A stretch of 63,080 nucleotides of DNA, the filler included, from Octopus bimaculoides (lineage: Eukaryota): NCBI RefSeq assembly GCF_001194135.2. It is 6 parts of 6 records of this genome, joined end to end, with 100 filler letters (N's around TTAATTAATTAA, not from the genome) between each part and the next. Parts side by side here need not be neighbours in the genome. Positions count along the whole stretch, not along the records: positions 52,696 to 58,635 come from NC_068985.1; positions 58,736 to 61,073 come from NC_068995.1; positions 61,174 to 63,080 come from NW_026401950.1; 3 more parts are not named here. The stretch is one strand, 5' to 3'. The position numbers and the translations under genes are program-made. The notes beneath the pieces are model-generated. The model was not told the DNA's origin. It did not search any database and saw only the letters and a program-made list of their open reading frames with translations. Below are positions 52,740-63,080 of this stretch, one piece after another (position 1 is the first letter of the stretch; every line of letters begins with the position of its first letter).

Positions 52740-53079
52740 ATAATTAGTAGGGATCCGAGGGAATAATTCTAAGGTTGCTAAATGTTGCTAGCTAAGTGTC
52801 ATAGGAAACAATGGACATACATGTGTGGGATTTGAATCCGGGGAAAAGCAAGACTTATTTATGAGAAAAATAGGAAATAATAGAAAAAAGTAGACAAACG
52901 CGCAAGATGTTATTAAATCATTTATATCTTCATAATTTCTACACATGATTCGATGAAGGCAACCAAGATGAGTCCGACAAGATGAATAATGGACACCTAT
53001 GCATCAATCTCTTCAGGGATAATATAAATAACAGTATCAATCAAATAGATAGTTTAACAGATATGTGAATGTCACAGAA

Positions 53080-53375
53080 AATGTGACATATATATATATG
53101 CATATGCAAACACGGGTGCATACACACATACATGTATACGCAAACTCATATATATATATATATATATAACATATGCACATACATACATAGATACATACAT
53201 ACATACATACAAACACACGTACAGACACACACACATACACACCCACATATATATATATATATATGCACACGCATATATATACATACACACGTGTGCAGAA
53301 GGACGCATATCTGCACGTACATATATACTCATACGCACACACATATATATATACACGCGCGCACACACACACACA

Positions 53376-53446
<71 letters not shown>

Positions 53447-53560
53447 GCATACATATTCAGATATACTTACACACATAAACGTACACACTTACATACAAAC
53501 ACATCTACACACATACATATATATACTCACAACACATACATATATACTTATATGCTAACG
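53080..53560. repeat. (TA)n/(CA)n compound microsatellite
   Basis: Visible. Confidence 0.95.
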
Positions 53561-53789
53561 TAAGGGTAAGCACACTACACATACCCGTACACACCCAGAA
53601 AAAAGCCTTCGGTACATCCAAAAACACACTTATGTACACTAAGACATGCTTAAATAAGTACATACGCACATATATGTACACTAAAGTAGCACACATACGT
53701 ACAGGAACAAAACGAGATATACACATATATACATACATGGAAAGCCAAGTATTGAAGAGAACGCTAATCCCATTAAGAAAATATGCTTC

Positions 53790-54392
53790 ATAAGGTAAGA
53801 GAAGAGGAGAAGGTATAGATAAATAGGCAAGGAGAAAGATAAAGCAGTGTTAAAAGAGAGAGTGGGGCGGACAACATTGGATGAATAAAGGATGAGAAGA
53901 AAGAAAGAATGGAAGAATGAAGGGACGTAAGCATAAATGATAAAGACAAAATAAAGGATAATTTGCAGAAATTATTGTTAGCTGAGGAGTAGATACTATT
54001 TGAAAAAAGGAAAGAATGTTTTTTCCAATGTTTACATCTGTAAACTCGCACCATAAACGTGTTTACCAGATTATGTTTGGAAAAGAGTATTGAAAATTGT
54101 TCCTCCATGCTAAGCGGACAGAAAGATTCCCCTTTGTCATAGGGAAATGATAGAGATAAAATTTTCCAGTCTAAAGGAACAAGTTGTTAGAGTATTTAAG
54201 GTGCAAGATTAGTTTACTAAGCCCTGTGCAATTACGCTTACTGTGGTGTTTGAAGTTAGAGAAATGGTTAGCCAGTCTACATTTCAGTTCCGTAGAGGAT
54301 AAACCTATATAAAAATATGCCTTCTTACTACAGGTAATCTTGCACTGGTACACGGGACTTTTAATTTGGCAGTTTCCATTTATATGTTTGTA
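53790..54392 (-). mobile_element. Penelope-like GIY-YIG remnant plus pyrimidine-rich 3' region
   Basis: NGNCQIKSPVYQCKITC...FYIGLSSTELKCRLANHFSNFKH...TGLSK, then WKILS..PYDKGESFCPLSMEEQFSIL...NLVN...RCKHWKK. Confidence 0.88.
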
Positions 54393-54449
54393 TGGGTATA
54401 TAAATGTATATATGTACGCATGTCTATGTGTGTATATATATAATACAAG

Positions 54450-54580
54450 TAGAGAAGACTGGGAAATCATTAATAATTTCAAAGAGGATGACAACATAAT
54501 TATAAAAGAAGCCGACAAAGGGAGTGCTGTAATAACCCTGAACTCCTAAAAATACATCCACACTACCGTAACCCTTCGTC
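54450..54580 (+). mobile_element. Penelope-like RT N-terminal fragment
   Basis: EDWEIINNFKEDDNIIIKEADKGSAVITLN matches the PLE IVIKPADKG motif. Confidence 0.8.
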
Positions 54581-54636
54581 AAGAAAAAAGAGAGTGAGAG
54601 AGTAAGAGAGTAAGAGAGAGGGGTGAAAGAGTAGGG

Positions 54637-54730
54637 GTGAAGAGAAGTAGGAGTGAAGAGAAGTAGGAGTGAAGAGAAGTAGGAGTGAAGAGAAGTAGGA
54701 GTGAAGAGAAGTAGGAGTGAAGAGAAGTGA
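54637..54730. repeat. 16-bp minisatellite GTGAAGAGAAGTAGGA, 5 full copies plus a partial
   Basis: Units start at 54637, 54653, 54669, 54685, 54701 and 54717. Confidence 0.95.
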
Positions 54731-54784
54731 AGAGACGTACAGAGATGTAAGGGTCGGAGCAGGAGGGGGAGAGGNNNNNNNNNN

Positions 54785-55328
54785 GGAGTGACCGGCAGAA
54801 CGGAAATGGCGTGACACCGGGGTGTCATTGCCAACGTTGATGTCTCGCGGGTGTTCCGCGAATCGGTCGGCCAGGCGGCGCCCCGTTTGTCCGATGTACA
54901 GAGAATGGCAGAGAGAGCAAGAGATGCAATAGATGATGTGGGTAGAAGTGCAGGTGAAGGAGTCGGTGATGCGATAGGGTCGGTGATGGGTGCTGGTGAG
55001 GAGGGTGGTGTTGGAGAGGTGAGGGCAAGTGCAGCAGCGTGGGCGGGAGCAAGGGAACGATCCAGGTTGGGAGGTTGGGTTGGGGAAGAAACTGTGGACA
55101 AGAGGTCTCGTGGGATCGTTTGAAGGAGGTGAGGGGTCGATTAGGGAAGATGTGGGAGGTGGAGGGGTCGGACTGGAGGCGCCGGAAAGCTCGGAGAATG
55201 GTGCGTTGGAGGGGTAGGGTGGTGGGATGGTAGGTGAGGGGAAAAGGGAGGCAGGAAACGGCAGGGCGAGTTCGGGGGGAGAGAGCAGATGCACGGTTCA
55301 CGGAACGTGCTCTGACAAGTGCAGTGTG
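54785..55328 (-). mobile_element. Penelope-like element C-terminus (Cys motif + GIY-YIG)
   Basis: FPLTYHP...PLTSFKR (frameshift) PLVHS...PCSRPRCCTCPHL...FTCTSTHIIYCISCSLCHSLYIGQTGRRLADRFAEH...PVSRHF. Confidence 0.93.
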
Positions 55329-56061
55329 NNNNNNNNNNNNNNNNNNNNNNNNNNNNNNNNNNNNNNNNNNNNNNNNNNNNNNNNNNNNNNNNNNNNNNNN
55401 NNNNNNNNNNNNNNNNNNNNNNNNNNNNNNNNNNNNNNNNNNNNNNNNNNNNNNNNNNNNNNNNNNNNNNNNNNNNNNNNNNNNNNNNNNNNNNNNNNNN
55501 NNNNNNNNNNNNNNNNNNNNNNNNNNNNNNNNNNNNNNNNNNNNNNNNNNNNNNNNNNNNNNNNNNNNNNNNNNNNNNNNNNNNNNNNNNNNNNNNNNNN
55601 NNNNNNNNNNNNNNNNNNNNNNNNNNNNNNNNNNNNNNNNNNNNNNNNNNNNNNNNNNNNNNNNNNNNNNNNNNNNNNNNNNNNNNNNNNNNNNNNNNNN
55701 NNNNNNNNNNNNNNNNNNNNNNNNNNNNNNNNNNNNNNNNNNNNNNNNNNNNNNNNNNNNNNNNNNNNNNNNNNNNNNNNNNNNNNNNNNNNNNNNNNNN
55801 NNNNNNNNNNNNNNNNNNNNNNNNNNNNNNNNNNNNNNNNNNNNNNNNNNNNNNNNNNNNNNNNNNNNNNNNNNNNNNNNNNNNNNNNNNNNNNNNNNNN
55901 NNNNNNNNNNNNNNNNNNNNNNNNNNNNNNNNNNNNNNNNNNNNNNNNNNNNNNNNNNNNNNNNNNNNNNTATATATATGTGCGTGTGTGTTTGTGTGTG
56001 TGTGTGTGTGTATGTATGTGTGTGTGTGTGTGTGTATGTGTGTGAGTGTGTGTGTGTGTGT

Positions 56062-56215
56062 GCAGACGCCCCCGGTTCGGCAATTGTCACCGATAGAATA
56101 AGTATTAGGCTTACAAAGAATAAGTCCTGTGGTCGACTTGTTCGACTAAAAAGGCGGTGATCTAGCATGACCACCAGTCAAATGACTGAAATAAGTAAAA
56201 GAATGAAAGAAAGAA
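56062..56215 (+). mobile_element. SINE family B 3' half
   Basis: ccgatagaataagtattaggcttacaaagaataagtcctg...aaatgactgaaataagtaaaaga. Confidence 0.88.
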
Positions 56216-56231
56216 TAACAGAATATATATA

Positions 56232-56264
<33 letters not shown>

Positions 56265-56702
56265 GTGTATGTGTATGGTGATCGACAGATAGAGATACAG
56301 ACAACTATAACAGATATAGATTTACGAGATATGTGTATAGCAAATGTCATTAAAAACAAAGCCTGTTAGTTTTTGTTATTTATTTAATAGCCTTAGTAAA
56401 TTAAATTACGAGGAGAATGTACAACATAAATTGTTGTGAGTTATTTTCATGCTAGAACGAGAGTAAATAATGTTGAATATTAGACTATATTTTGTTCAGA
56501 ATAAAAAAATGAATACAACAAAAGAATTTAATTGTATATCCGGCAAAGATTCAACCAGTTGATTATATATTTGAGTATTTCTGAAAAATATCTGCTTCAG
56601 CCAATTTATCATCGCATATATGTTTTCTAACTATATTTGCTTTCCATATATTTACGAAGGACTTTCTTGGAAATACATGTGTCGCATTTACATTGGATCT
56701 CT

Positions 56703-56814
56703 ATAAAAGAGTTTGAATGCAATGTCATTTGCGAAAAAAAAAAGAAGAAAAAACGCACTGTGATTGGTTGGTTGGCTGAATGTTTACCTTGAACAAGGAA
56801 ATGAAACATGGGAG
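56703..56814 (+). repeat. ~112-bp direct repeat, copy 1 (copy 2 at 58180-58294)
   Basis: ataaaagagtttgaatgcaatgtcatttgcgaaa...aaacgcactgtgattggttggttgg...ttgaacaaggaaatgaaacatgggag in both copies. Confidence 0.92.
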
Positions 56815-56923
56815 ATTTTAATATTTTGTTGTTAGTTGTTTTATATTTAAGAGATGAGTAATTATGTACATTATTTACATTATTTACATTTGACGGATGT
56901 CTGTACTCATCTTGTTTGTTGTT

Positions 56924-56969
56924 AACACAACGTTTCGGCTGATAATCCCTCCAGCCTTCATCAGGTGTC
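56924..56969 (-). ncRNA. Minimal type I hammerhead ribozyme motif, intact core
   Basis: GACAC-CUGAUGA-A-GGCUG(GAGGGAUUAU)CAGCC-GAAA-CG-UU/GUGUU. Predicted cleavage between 56929 and 56928. Confidence 0.82.
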
Positions 56970-57457
56970 TTGGGAAAATTTCGAACCTGGACTCTCATTC
57001 CTAAAGTATTTTTCGATCTTCTTCTTCTTCTTCTTCTTCTTCTTCTTCTTCTTCTTCTTCTTCTTCTTCTTCTTCTTCTTCTTCTTCTTCTTCTTCTTCT
57101 TCNNNNNNNNNNNNNNNNNNNNNNNNNNNNNNNNNNNNNNNNNNNNNNNNNNNNNNNNNNNNNNNNNNNNNNNNNNNCTCCTCCTCCTCCTCCTCCTCCT
57201 CCTCCTCTTTCTTCTTCTAATTATTATTAGTATTATTATTAATACTCAGTCACTGCCTGGAATTGAACTCGGAATCTTGGTGTTAGTAGCCCGCGCTCTT
57301 AAAAATCTACGCCACGCGCATATGGCGTAGTGAATAAGAGCACGGGCTACTAACCCCAAGATTCCGAGTTCGATTGCAGACATGACCTGAATAATAATAA
57401 TAATAACATCGAAAAATACTTTAGGAATGAGAACCCAGAGGTTCGAAATTTCCACAA

Positions 57458-57503
57458 GACACCTGATGAAGGCTGGAGGGTATATCAGCCGAAATGTTGA
57501 TAT
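57458..57503 (+). ncRNA. Hammerhead motif, degenerate paralogue
   Basis: GACAC-CUGAUGA-A-GGCUG..CAGCC-GAAA-UG-UU/GAUAU. CG has changed to TG in stem III, and the 3' strand of stem I is eroded. Confidence 0.6.
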
Positions 57504-57749
57504 ACAAAAATTTGATGAGGACAAAATATCCGTCAAATGTAAATGATGTAAATAATGTACATAATGTAAATAATGTTGTTGTAAAATGTTAATCAACAAT
57601 TCATTGGCATATATGTTGTTTTGATAGAGATCATATTCGATGTACTCTAGTGTTTCAGAATATCATGTTCTGATACATTATCCCCTTCCTTATAATTTCC
57701 GGTATACATAACAGTGAATAAAAATAAGAGGAAAATAAGAAGGAATAAT

Positions 57750-57797
57750 ACTGATAATAATAATAATAGTAATAATAATAACAACAACAACAACAAC

Positions 57798-57860
<63 letters not shown>
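57750..57860. repeat. (AAT)n/(AAC)n microsatellite
   Basis: Visible. Confidence 0.97.
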
Positions 57861-57862
<2 letters not shown>

Positions 57863-57895
57863 TCCTTTGTACTGGAAGCAAAAAGCGTCAAATTA

Positions 57896-58062
57896 ATGGG
57901 GTGGGGTCTAGTCGATTATATCAAGCCCAGTGTTTCACTGGTACTTAATATATCGACCCCAGAAGAATGAAAGGCGGAATTTGAATTCAGAACGTAAAAA
58001 CAGAGGAAATACCGCTAAGAATTTCGTCTGGTTTGGTAACGAATCTGCCATCTAGCTACCTT
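57896..58062 (-). mobile_element. SINE family A, diverged
   Basis: ctggtactta..tatcgacccc.gaagaatgaaaggc..ggaatttgaattcagaacgtaaa. Confidence 0.8.
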
Positions 58063-58076
58063 AAAATGATAACAAC

Positions 58077-58132
<56 letters not shown>

Positions 58133-58317
58133 TATTATTGATGATGATGATGCTGATGATGATGATGATAATAATAATAATAAAAGAGTTTGAATGCAAT
58201 GTCATTTGCGAAAAAAAGAAAAAAAAGAAGAAACGCACTGTGATTGGTTGGTTGGTTGAATTTCCATCTTGAACAAGGAAATGAAACATGGGAGTGTCCC
58301 AATCGGTATAAACATAT

Positions 58318-58634
58318 CAAGACCTACCAAAAACTGAGCAAATATAAAGATCTTGAAATAGAAATTAGCAAAGTGCAAAACCTGAAGACTAAAACAATAT
58401 CTATTGTCATAGGTGCCCTGGGAATGACAGCGAAACGGGCTGATTACTACCTAGCTCAGATACCAGGAAACCCCAAAATCGCTGAAGTTCAAAAGATAGT
58501 GCTCATGGGAACTGCCCATATCCTACGTAAAATACTGTCTATATGGTCTCAAATTTTAAAACAAAAACATAATTTTCTTATGGTTTCTTAAACATTCTCT
58601 AGAACAACACTATGTACAAATCCAAATATATGGT
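58318..58634 (+). mobile_element. R4/Dong-type (RLE) non-LTR retrotransposon 3' end
   Basis: KLSKYKDLEIEISK...KTKTISIVIGALG...IPGNPKIAEVQKIVLMGTAHILRKILS matches the restriction-like endonuclease C-terminus. Confidence 0.88.
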
Positions 58635-58735
58635 ANNNNNNNNNNNNNNNNNNNNNNNNNNNNNNNNNNNNNNNNNNNNTTAATTAATTAANNNNNNNNN
58701 NNNNNNNNNNNNNNNNNNNNNNNNNNNNNNNNNNN

Positions 58736-58746
58736 TATATATATAT

Positions 58747-58793
<47 letters not shown>

Positions 58794-58796
58794 TAT

Positions 58797-58839
<43 letters not shown>

Positions 58840-58845
58840 CAGACA
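58736..58845. repeat. (TAGA)n microsatellite
   Basis: Visible. Confidence 0.97.
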
Positions 58846-59639
58846 TAGATATATGTATGTTTGTTTGTATATACGTAATTATGTATATATGTAAGTATGT
58901 GTATGTGCGAGCGCGTGCATGAGTGTGTGAGTGTGTGCATGTGTGCACACGTATTTCAATTAAATTCGAGAAATGCGTACATCCTGCCGCTTAGCAACAA
59001 TGAACAATGCAATAGAAAATTGTATTTTGAAGATTGGAGAGGAGTGCACCGCCATCTTAGTTTCCTAATCATTATTATTAACATCTTGTCTACGTCTCAC
59101 AGTGATGATGACGAGGATGATGCTATTGACTTTGGTGGTGATGATGATGAGGACAACAACGTCGACGAGGATGATCTTCACTTTGTTGCTTTGTTGTTTT
59201 GTTGTGGAGTTTATAAGGCTTGACCAACGAATGAATGAACGGAGAAAGATGTGCGTTACTCCCCATGAATATGGTGACAGGCATCAGTAAGCATGCTTAA
59301 CAACAGGAGGAACAGCAGCAGCAGCAGTTATAAGATACCATGAGCCTCTTCCGTCATTGTCGTTGTCAAGGGAGACGACATTGGAAACGTTGACGAAGAT
59401 CATTAAGACAAACAGCAGGAAGCATTAAATGAAATATTAGCAACAGCAACAGCAAAAGCAACAATAATAATGATAATAATAACTTTATGAACAAGAACCT
59501 TCAATGCAATAGCAGCCGAATATACAAACCTCACGTTGGCATCTTCAGCAGGCAAAGCACATAATTATATAAGTACATGCAATGCACACATGGCTTGTTA
59601 GTGGATTTGGTAGACAGCAACAGAAAGAAGCCTGTTGTA

Positions 59640-59671
<32 letters not shown>

Positions 59672-61035
59672 NNNNNNNNNNNNNNNNNNNNNNNNNNNNN
59701 NNNNNNNNNNNNNNNNNNNNNNNNNNNNNNNNNNNNNNNNNNNNNNNNNNNNNNNNNNNNNNNNNNNNNNNNNNNNNNNNNNNNNNNNNNNNNNNNNNNN
59801 NNNNNNNNNNNNNNNNNNNNNNNNNNNNNNNNNNNNNNNNNNNNNNNNNNNNNNNNNNNNNNNNNNNNNNNNNNNNNNNNNNNNNNNNNNNNNNNNNNNN
59901 NNNNNNNNNNNNNNNNNNNNNNNNNNNNNNNNNNNNNNNNNNNNNNNNNNNNNNNNNNNNNNNNNNNNNNNNNNNNNNNNNNNNNNNNNNNNNNNNNNNN
60001 NNNNNNNNNNNNNNNNNNNNNNNNNNNNNNNNNNNNNNNNNNNNNNNNNNNNATATATATATATATAGTTACTTACCGAAGAATGCAGAAGTGCCATGAT
60101 AGTACTATGTTAAACGGTGAAGTAACATGAAAGTGACCCGTTGTGGCTGGTAGTCGTGATTGAATTTCTAAATTCTCTCTAAATGATGCTCCAGCATGAC
60201 CGCTGTCTAATGACAGAAACAAATGGAATATTATAAATAAAAGATTTATATCCATACATAAATTGACTTGGCGGGAAGTCAAATAAGAGCAGGAACCACT
60301 ACAAAGATAATAGTTTCGCTGCCACCTTTATTTCAGGCATTGCGAAACAGAAGGACAATCGTAGCCGAATCATTGCCAACGAATAAGATCAGGTCACATG
60401 TCTCGTCGAAGACTGCAGGCGACAAATACACTCCTAGAATCTCTATGCCTGCAACGAAACAAAACAATAAGATGAGATATTCACAGCTTGAATGTCTTTG
60501 ATGATCGATCTGTTTTTCCTATCATACCTAATCAGACGCTAAATAGTGGCAATAATGATATTAACGAAGATGGTGGGTGTTAAGACGTTGCTATTATATA
60601 CGGTTTATTAAAATAAGAATAAAATACCGAGATATATGCATAACATCACAGCAGTGCAATAAATGATTGATGAGTTGTTGAGGATAAGTTTTATTATTTA
60701 GCCGTGTAGAGAGTTGTGTCGAAAGAAGTAGGTGTCAATATGAGCAGGTAAATAGAGTTGTTTGTTTAAATCGCTAAACAGAACGATAGAGAATGTTTAC
60801 GTTATATAATGAGCTAGTATAAATCGACAGTAGATATATAAGATCGACAGACGGAATGAGCGTCGTATATATATATATATATCTCTCATTGCTATTATGT
60901 TAAACTGTCTTATGTCCAAATTTTGAATTTCCAATATTTATTTTGGCTTGCAATAGATGGCTCCTCTGGTCAAATTATCGTATCTCCAGCTGCTTCAGAT
61001 GCCAAGATACCAAAACTGATACGTGTGTGTATGTG

Positions 61036-61073
<38 letters not shown>

Positions 61074-61689
61074 NNNNNNNNNNNNNNNNNNNNNNNNNNN
61101 NNNNNNNNNNNNNNNNNTTAATTAATTAANNNNNNNNNNNNNNNNNNNNNNNNNNNNNNNNNNNNNNNNNNNNACACACACACACACATATACATGCATA
61201 CATACATACATATGTATGCCCTCGAAGGTTCTGCAAAGTTTTGTCAACTAAATCTCACACACATAGTATTAGTCAAAACCGAGTTTCGAGTAAGTTAAAG
61301 ACAGGTTAAAAGAGACTGCTTCAAGGTAGCACACAAAAGGAATTTCACGCGGTATATAACGTGTGTGTATAAATGATTTACATATGTGTGTGTGTGTCTA
61401 CATTCATATACTTATGTACATCCATAAATATGTATATATCTGTACGCAAAACTATACAAATACGTACGCATGCATACACATAGAGATAAAAATCTGCATA
61501 CAACATAAATATTGAAATTCATATTAATATAGATATATTGTAAGTACTTTATTATACTTTATTATACTATATTATATTATATTATATTATATTTTATTAT
61601 ACTATACAGTACAGCGACGCCAATATAATATAACGTAATATAATAACATGTAATGCTTTCAGAGTTTATTATTAATTCAGCTACGTATA

Positions 61690-61721
<32 letters not shown>

Positions 61722-62123
61722 NNNNNNNNNNNNNNNNNNNNNNNNNNNNNNNNNNNNNNNNNNNNNNNNNNNNNNNNNNNNNNNNNNNNNNNNNNNNNNN
61801 NNNNNNNNNNNNNNNNNNNNNNNNNNNNNNNNNNNNNNNNNNNNNNNNNNNNNNNNNNNNNNNNNNNNNNNNNNNNNNNNNNNNNNNNNNNNNNNNNNNN
61901 NNNNNNNNNNNNNNNNNNNNNNNNNNNNNNNNNNNNNNNNNNNNNNNNNNNNNNNNNNNNNNNNNNNNNNNNNNNNNNNNNNNNNNNNNNNNNNNNNNNN
62001 NNNNNNNNNNNNNNNNNNNNNNNNNNNNNNNNNNNNNNNNNNNNNNNNNNNNNNNNNNNNNNNNNNNNNNNNNNNNNNNNNNNNNNNNNNNNNNNNNNNN
62101 NNNNNNNNNNNNNNNNNNNNNNN

Positions 62124-62165
<42 letters not shown>

Positions 62166-63080
62166 CATATATATATATATACATACACATGCATATATAT
62201 ATACATGTATACATGTACATATTTATATGCATATGTATATGTATATATATATATATGTTGATATATACTTACATACATTTATACTTATATATTTATGAAT
62301 ATAAATATGCGTGAGTATGTGTGTAAAGGAAAAACTTTCAGTGTGCAAAAATAAATAAATAAACAAATAAATAAAATAAATGTATGAGGAAAAAAAATAT
62401 ATGTATATATAAAAACGAAAGTGTTTTTGATGTAATGAATAAAAAGGTATAAGATGAAATGATTAAAAAGATAAAAAGACTGAAAGATTGGATGGAAAAA
62501 ATGTCTTATTTGAAGAAAAATAAGGGATAAAAAAAAAGAAAAGAAAGAAAGAAAGAAAAAGTGTTGAATGCAAAATGACGAAAGAAATCGTAAAACTGTA
62601 AAAAGGCGGGAAAACGAGTAAATGAGAAAAGAAAATGGAGGAAAATGAAAATATGTGATATAAATGTTATGAAAAATAACCATAAAAAATCCTAGAGATA
62701 GACAGATCAATAGGTTGATACGGGCGATATATATGTATGTACGTATGTATGTATGTATGTATGTATGTATGTATGTATGTATGCATTTATTTATGCTTAT
62801 ATTCATACGTAAGTATGCATGTAGCCATGCATGTGTATATACATATATATATATGTATATATATATATGCATGTATGTATATATATATATGTATATATAT
62901 ATATGAGAGAGAGAAAGAAATATGCATTTATTAATATGCACAAGTATTAAGACTATGCACACGCTAACGCTTATATAGACTTACAAACACACACACACAC
63001 GAACGCATCCACACACTCATATACATATTTGCATATAGATATGAATATATATGTGCATATGTACATATATACACACACAT

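Larger units (their letters stand above)
56838..57574. mobile_element. Head-to-head palindrome of two tRNA-headed, hammerhead-tailed retroposon units
   Basis: The right unit starts at 57323 (+) and the left unit at 57314 (-). Each is an A/B-box head, a microsatellite, and an atcgaaaaatactttaggaatgaga...hammerhead...ccgtcaaatgtaaat tail. Confidence 0.85.

Noticed and set aside
57323-57390. Possible genuine tRNA gene
   Set aside because: The anticodon stem has only 3 good pairs, the acceptor stem is not closed, and it runs into a repeat tail. It is a tRNA-derived head.
58897-59290. Acidic D-rich ORF
   Set aside because: It arises from degenerate (GAT)n/(AAC)n simple repeats.
60268-60501. GC-richer island with acceptors on both strands (60337 +, 60448 -)
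   Set aside because: All minus frames stop early, no good donor was found, and no product is recognisable.
11004-62962. Dozens of long ORFs rich in X, IY, HT, CV, poly-I/N/L
   Set aside because: They are translations of N gaps and di-/trinucleotide microsatellites, not genes.
1-63080. CRISPR array, rRNA, prokaryotic operon or defence system
   Set aside because: No constant-repeat/unique-spacer array, rRNA-like segment or dense coding organisation; the sequence is eukaryotic repeat-rich DNA.

Overview
Repeat-dense, AT-rich eukaryotic draft sequence with many N gaps. The SINE families and microsatellite load resemble octopus (Octopus sp.); this is inference from recalled repeat sequences. No host protein-coding gene can be called with confidence, and nearly all long ORFs in the track are microsatellite or N-gap artefacts. 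Supported content: two tRNA-derived SINE families (many copies), RTE-clade LINE remnants, an R4/Dong-type RLE remnant, several Penelope-like (GIY-YIG/RT) remnants, a DD37D maT transposon with both TIRs and TA TSDs, two mariner remnants, a TTAA piggyBac-type MITE, a foldback element and many microsatellites. Five N-flanked TTAATTAATTAA linkers are artificial joins. The strongest unexplained signal is a set of minimal type I hammerhead ribozyme motifs with covarying stems. One pair sits in a ~740-bp head-to-head palindrome made of two tRNA-headed, hammerhead-tailed units (56838-57574), a candidate Penelope-dependent SINE/retrozyme hybrid. The first 10 kb is strongly CpG-depleted and holds a plausible tail-anchored-protein exon (minus, 6862-7056).
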